A model generated the notes under the pieces. It did not search any database. It was given only the letters and a program-made list of their open reading frames with translations, and had not been told where the DNA came from. A stretch of 63,999 bases of DNA, filler included, from an uncultured bacterium (GTDB lineage: Bacteria; Latescibacterota; UBA2968), in NCBI GenBank assembly GCA_964471275.1. It is 3 parts of 3 records of this genome, joined end to end, with 100 filler letters (N's around TTAATTAATTAA, not from the genome) between each part and the next. Parts side by side here need not be neighbours in the genome. Positions count along the whole stretch, not along the records: positions 45,631 to 63,999 come from CAYYGZ010000070.1; 2 more parts are not named here. One strand, 5' to 3'. Shown piece after piece: positions 62,525 through 63,999 of this stretch; position 1 is the first letter of the stretch, and every line of letters starts with the position of its first letter. Made by a program: the position numbers and the translations under genes.

Positions 62525-62884
62525 CTATCCTCGTGTGAAGATCACCGGAAAGACGGTTTCGTCACCCACGTGGCGGGTCAGGTCCTGACGCAGGTCGTCT
62601 ACCGGTCTGCTGTTCTGCGTACGCAGATGAATCGCAAAGCTGCACCGCGGGCCGTCGGAGTTGTTCTCGTCGCTGCCGTGCAGGCTCAGGCCACCCGCAG
62701 AAATCAATGCGGGTTCCTCCGACCAGACTGCATTCTTGGGCAGATGAAGTCCCTCCCTGACGGCGTCCAGATCCCCCCCATGGAAGTCGCTTCCCTCCAA
62801 CAATCCCCAGTGATTCGATCCCGGAATAAATCGCATCGGCCCCGAGTCTTCCTGAACCTCGGACACGGTGACCCATGCAGTCAA
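62525..62884 (-). pseudogene. PhyH-type dioxygenase C-terminal fragment
   Basis: LTAWV..V..DSGPMRFIPGS and LHGS..N.S..PR; the N-terminal half and the HxD motif are absent. Confidence 0.7.
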
Positions 62885-63026
62885 GAGCTGGCTGCCTTCG
62901 CTGGCGCTGCGGTTGGCCGGCGCCCCGGGCTAACTACGCGCGCCCCTTTGGGGCTTTTTCGGCATCGATGATCGGGACCGACGTGTGGTCAAGGCTCTCT
63001 GGTTGTTGACCACGTGCGTTGTGCAC

Positions 63027-63440
63027 TCAAGCCTCGAAACGTTGCCCGGAGTCCTCTTCGTGCTCGTTTGCGATGACGTAGTAAGCCAACTCCTCAGTGT
63101 CGCTGGCGTTGCGGATCCTATGTCGAATATTGGCCGGCTGCATAAAACAGTCGCCCTCGACCGCCACCGACTCTTCACCATCGCGCACGACGATCGCCTG
63201 TCCGGACATGACTATGAAGAATTCCCATCGATGCGTGTGCGCGTGGACCGGACAGGGACTGGTGCTAGGTGGAAGGCGTGTCAGCTCGACGTCAAAGGGG
63301 TGCTGTTCATCGGTGTTGCCGAGTGCCACCGAGATATGCTTGCGGTGACGGGTGTACCTTCCGCTTTTCCAGGACCATTCCTGGCGTTCTTCGGGGACAT
63401 CGTCTTTGTTGATGATCCAGTCGGGCATATCGATCCTCAA
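63027..63440 (-). CDS. Cupin domain protein
   Basis: CPVHAH..WEFF, GD and HRIRN motifs. Confidence 0.85.
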   Translation of the reverse strand: MRIDMPDWIINKDDVPEERQEWSWKSGRYTRHRKHISVALGNTDEQHPFDVELTRLPPSTSPCPVHAHTHRWEFFIVMSGQAIVVRDGEESVAVEGDCFMQPANIRHRIRNASDTEELAYYVIANEHEEDSGQRFEA

Positions 63441-63492
63441 TTCAGTGTCCAGAGCTCACGGAAGGGCCAGGATAGAACCCCGGGAACACAGG

Positions 63493-63999
63493 CTAGACCT
63501 GGTGGGAGACGATCTTGCCGTTGCGGGCGAGTGGAAGGCCAGCGAAGGCGCACCGGTTGCCCCACAAGTCGACTGCTTCCTGGGTCTTGTATTCGTTGAT
63601 GATTTTGTGGCGTGACGTTTTTGTGTAGTTATGCCCGGCGGTATGGACAATCAGGACGTGGATTACGACGACATCGCCGGACCTGGCTTCTACAGTGACG
63701 GCCTCTGTTTCGTCGATCGCATCAGCGGGTATCGTATGTGACCTCTCGAGCGTAGGGTAGTCGCCCTTCAGGTGGCTGCCTGGGATGACGGAAGTGGCCC
63801 CGGCGTCAACACCATTGTCTTCCAGGTAGGTAATGGCGGCGGCCAACTCGGGTTTTGTGTGCCGTTCGTAGGGCCAATCCTGGTGCCAGCTCTGGTCATT
63901 CGTGAAGCCCGGCGGGTTGTTGCGGACCTTGCCGTTGTGGAAGTCGATGTTCGGGCCGAAGAGATCGATAAAGACCTGAAGAATACGCGGGTCGAGAAA
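63493..63999 (-). CDS. Phytanoyl-CoA dioxygenase (PhyH) family, runs off the window
   Basis: WHQD, IPGSH and GDVVVIH...HTAG.N..R; the frame is open to 63999. Confidence 0.88.
   Translation of the reverse strand, partial: FLDPRILQVFIDLFGPNIDFHNGKVRNNPPGFTNDQSWHQDWPYERHTKPELAAAITYLEDNGVDAGATSVIPGSHLKGDYPTLERSHTIPADAIDETEAVTVEARSGDVVVIHVLIVHTAGHNYTKTSRHKIINEYKTQEAVDLWGNRCAFAGLPLARNGKIVSHQV

Overview
GC-rich bacterial DNA from a draft or metagenome-assembled genome. It consists of three contigs joined by 100-bp N/TTAATTAATTAA linkers (22835-22934, 45531-45630), so synteny across the linkers means nothing. The gene content suggests a diderm FCB-like bacterium, possibly Latescibacterota (inference only). 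The clues are the yggS-yggT-divIVA-mtnP-nudix-ileS-dksA-lspA-rluD operon, Omp85, PhoX, sulfatases and many Gfo/AKR/PhyH genes. The most interesting element is a roughly 7.4-kb phage-shock (PspA/ESCRT-III-like) locus at 25333-32716. It has a perfect sigma54 -24/-12 promoter preceded by four phased GGTG-N5-NACC boxes. The operon it drives encodes PspA, a 2-TM winged-helix protein, two tiny unannotated membrane proteins, an ECF sigma factor, an exported protein, a cytoplasmic TPR histidine kinase, a PspF-like activator and a split membrane PP2C. The activator has gained a receiver domain and lost the PspA-binding Trp, so this Psp response appears rewired to two-component control. A second theme is gene decay: about 20 accessory genes carry nonsense codons, frameshifts or deletions while housekeeping genes are intact. 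IS481 and IS110 remnants are also present, and the IS110 remnant keeps a structured 3' non-coding end. No rRNA, tRNA or CRISPR array was seen.
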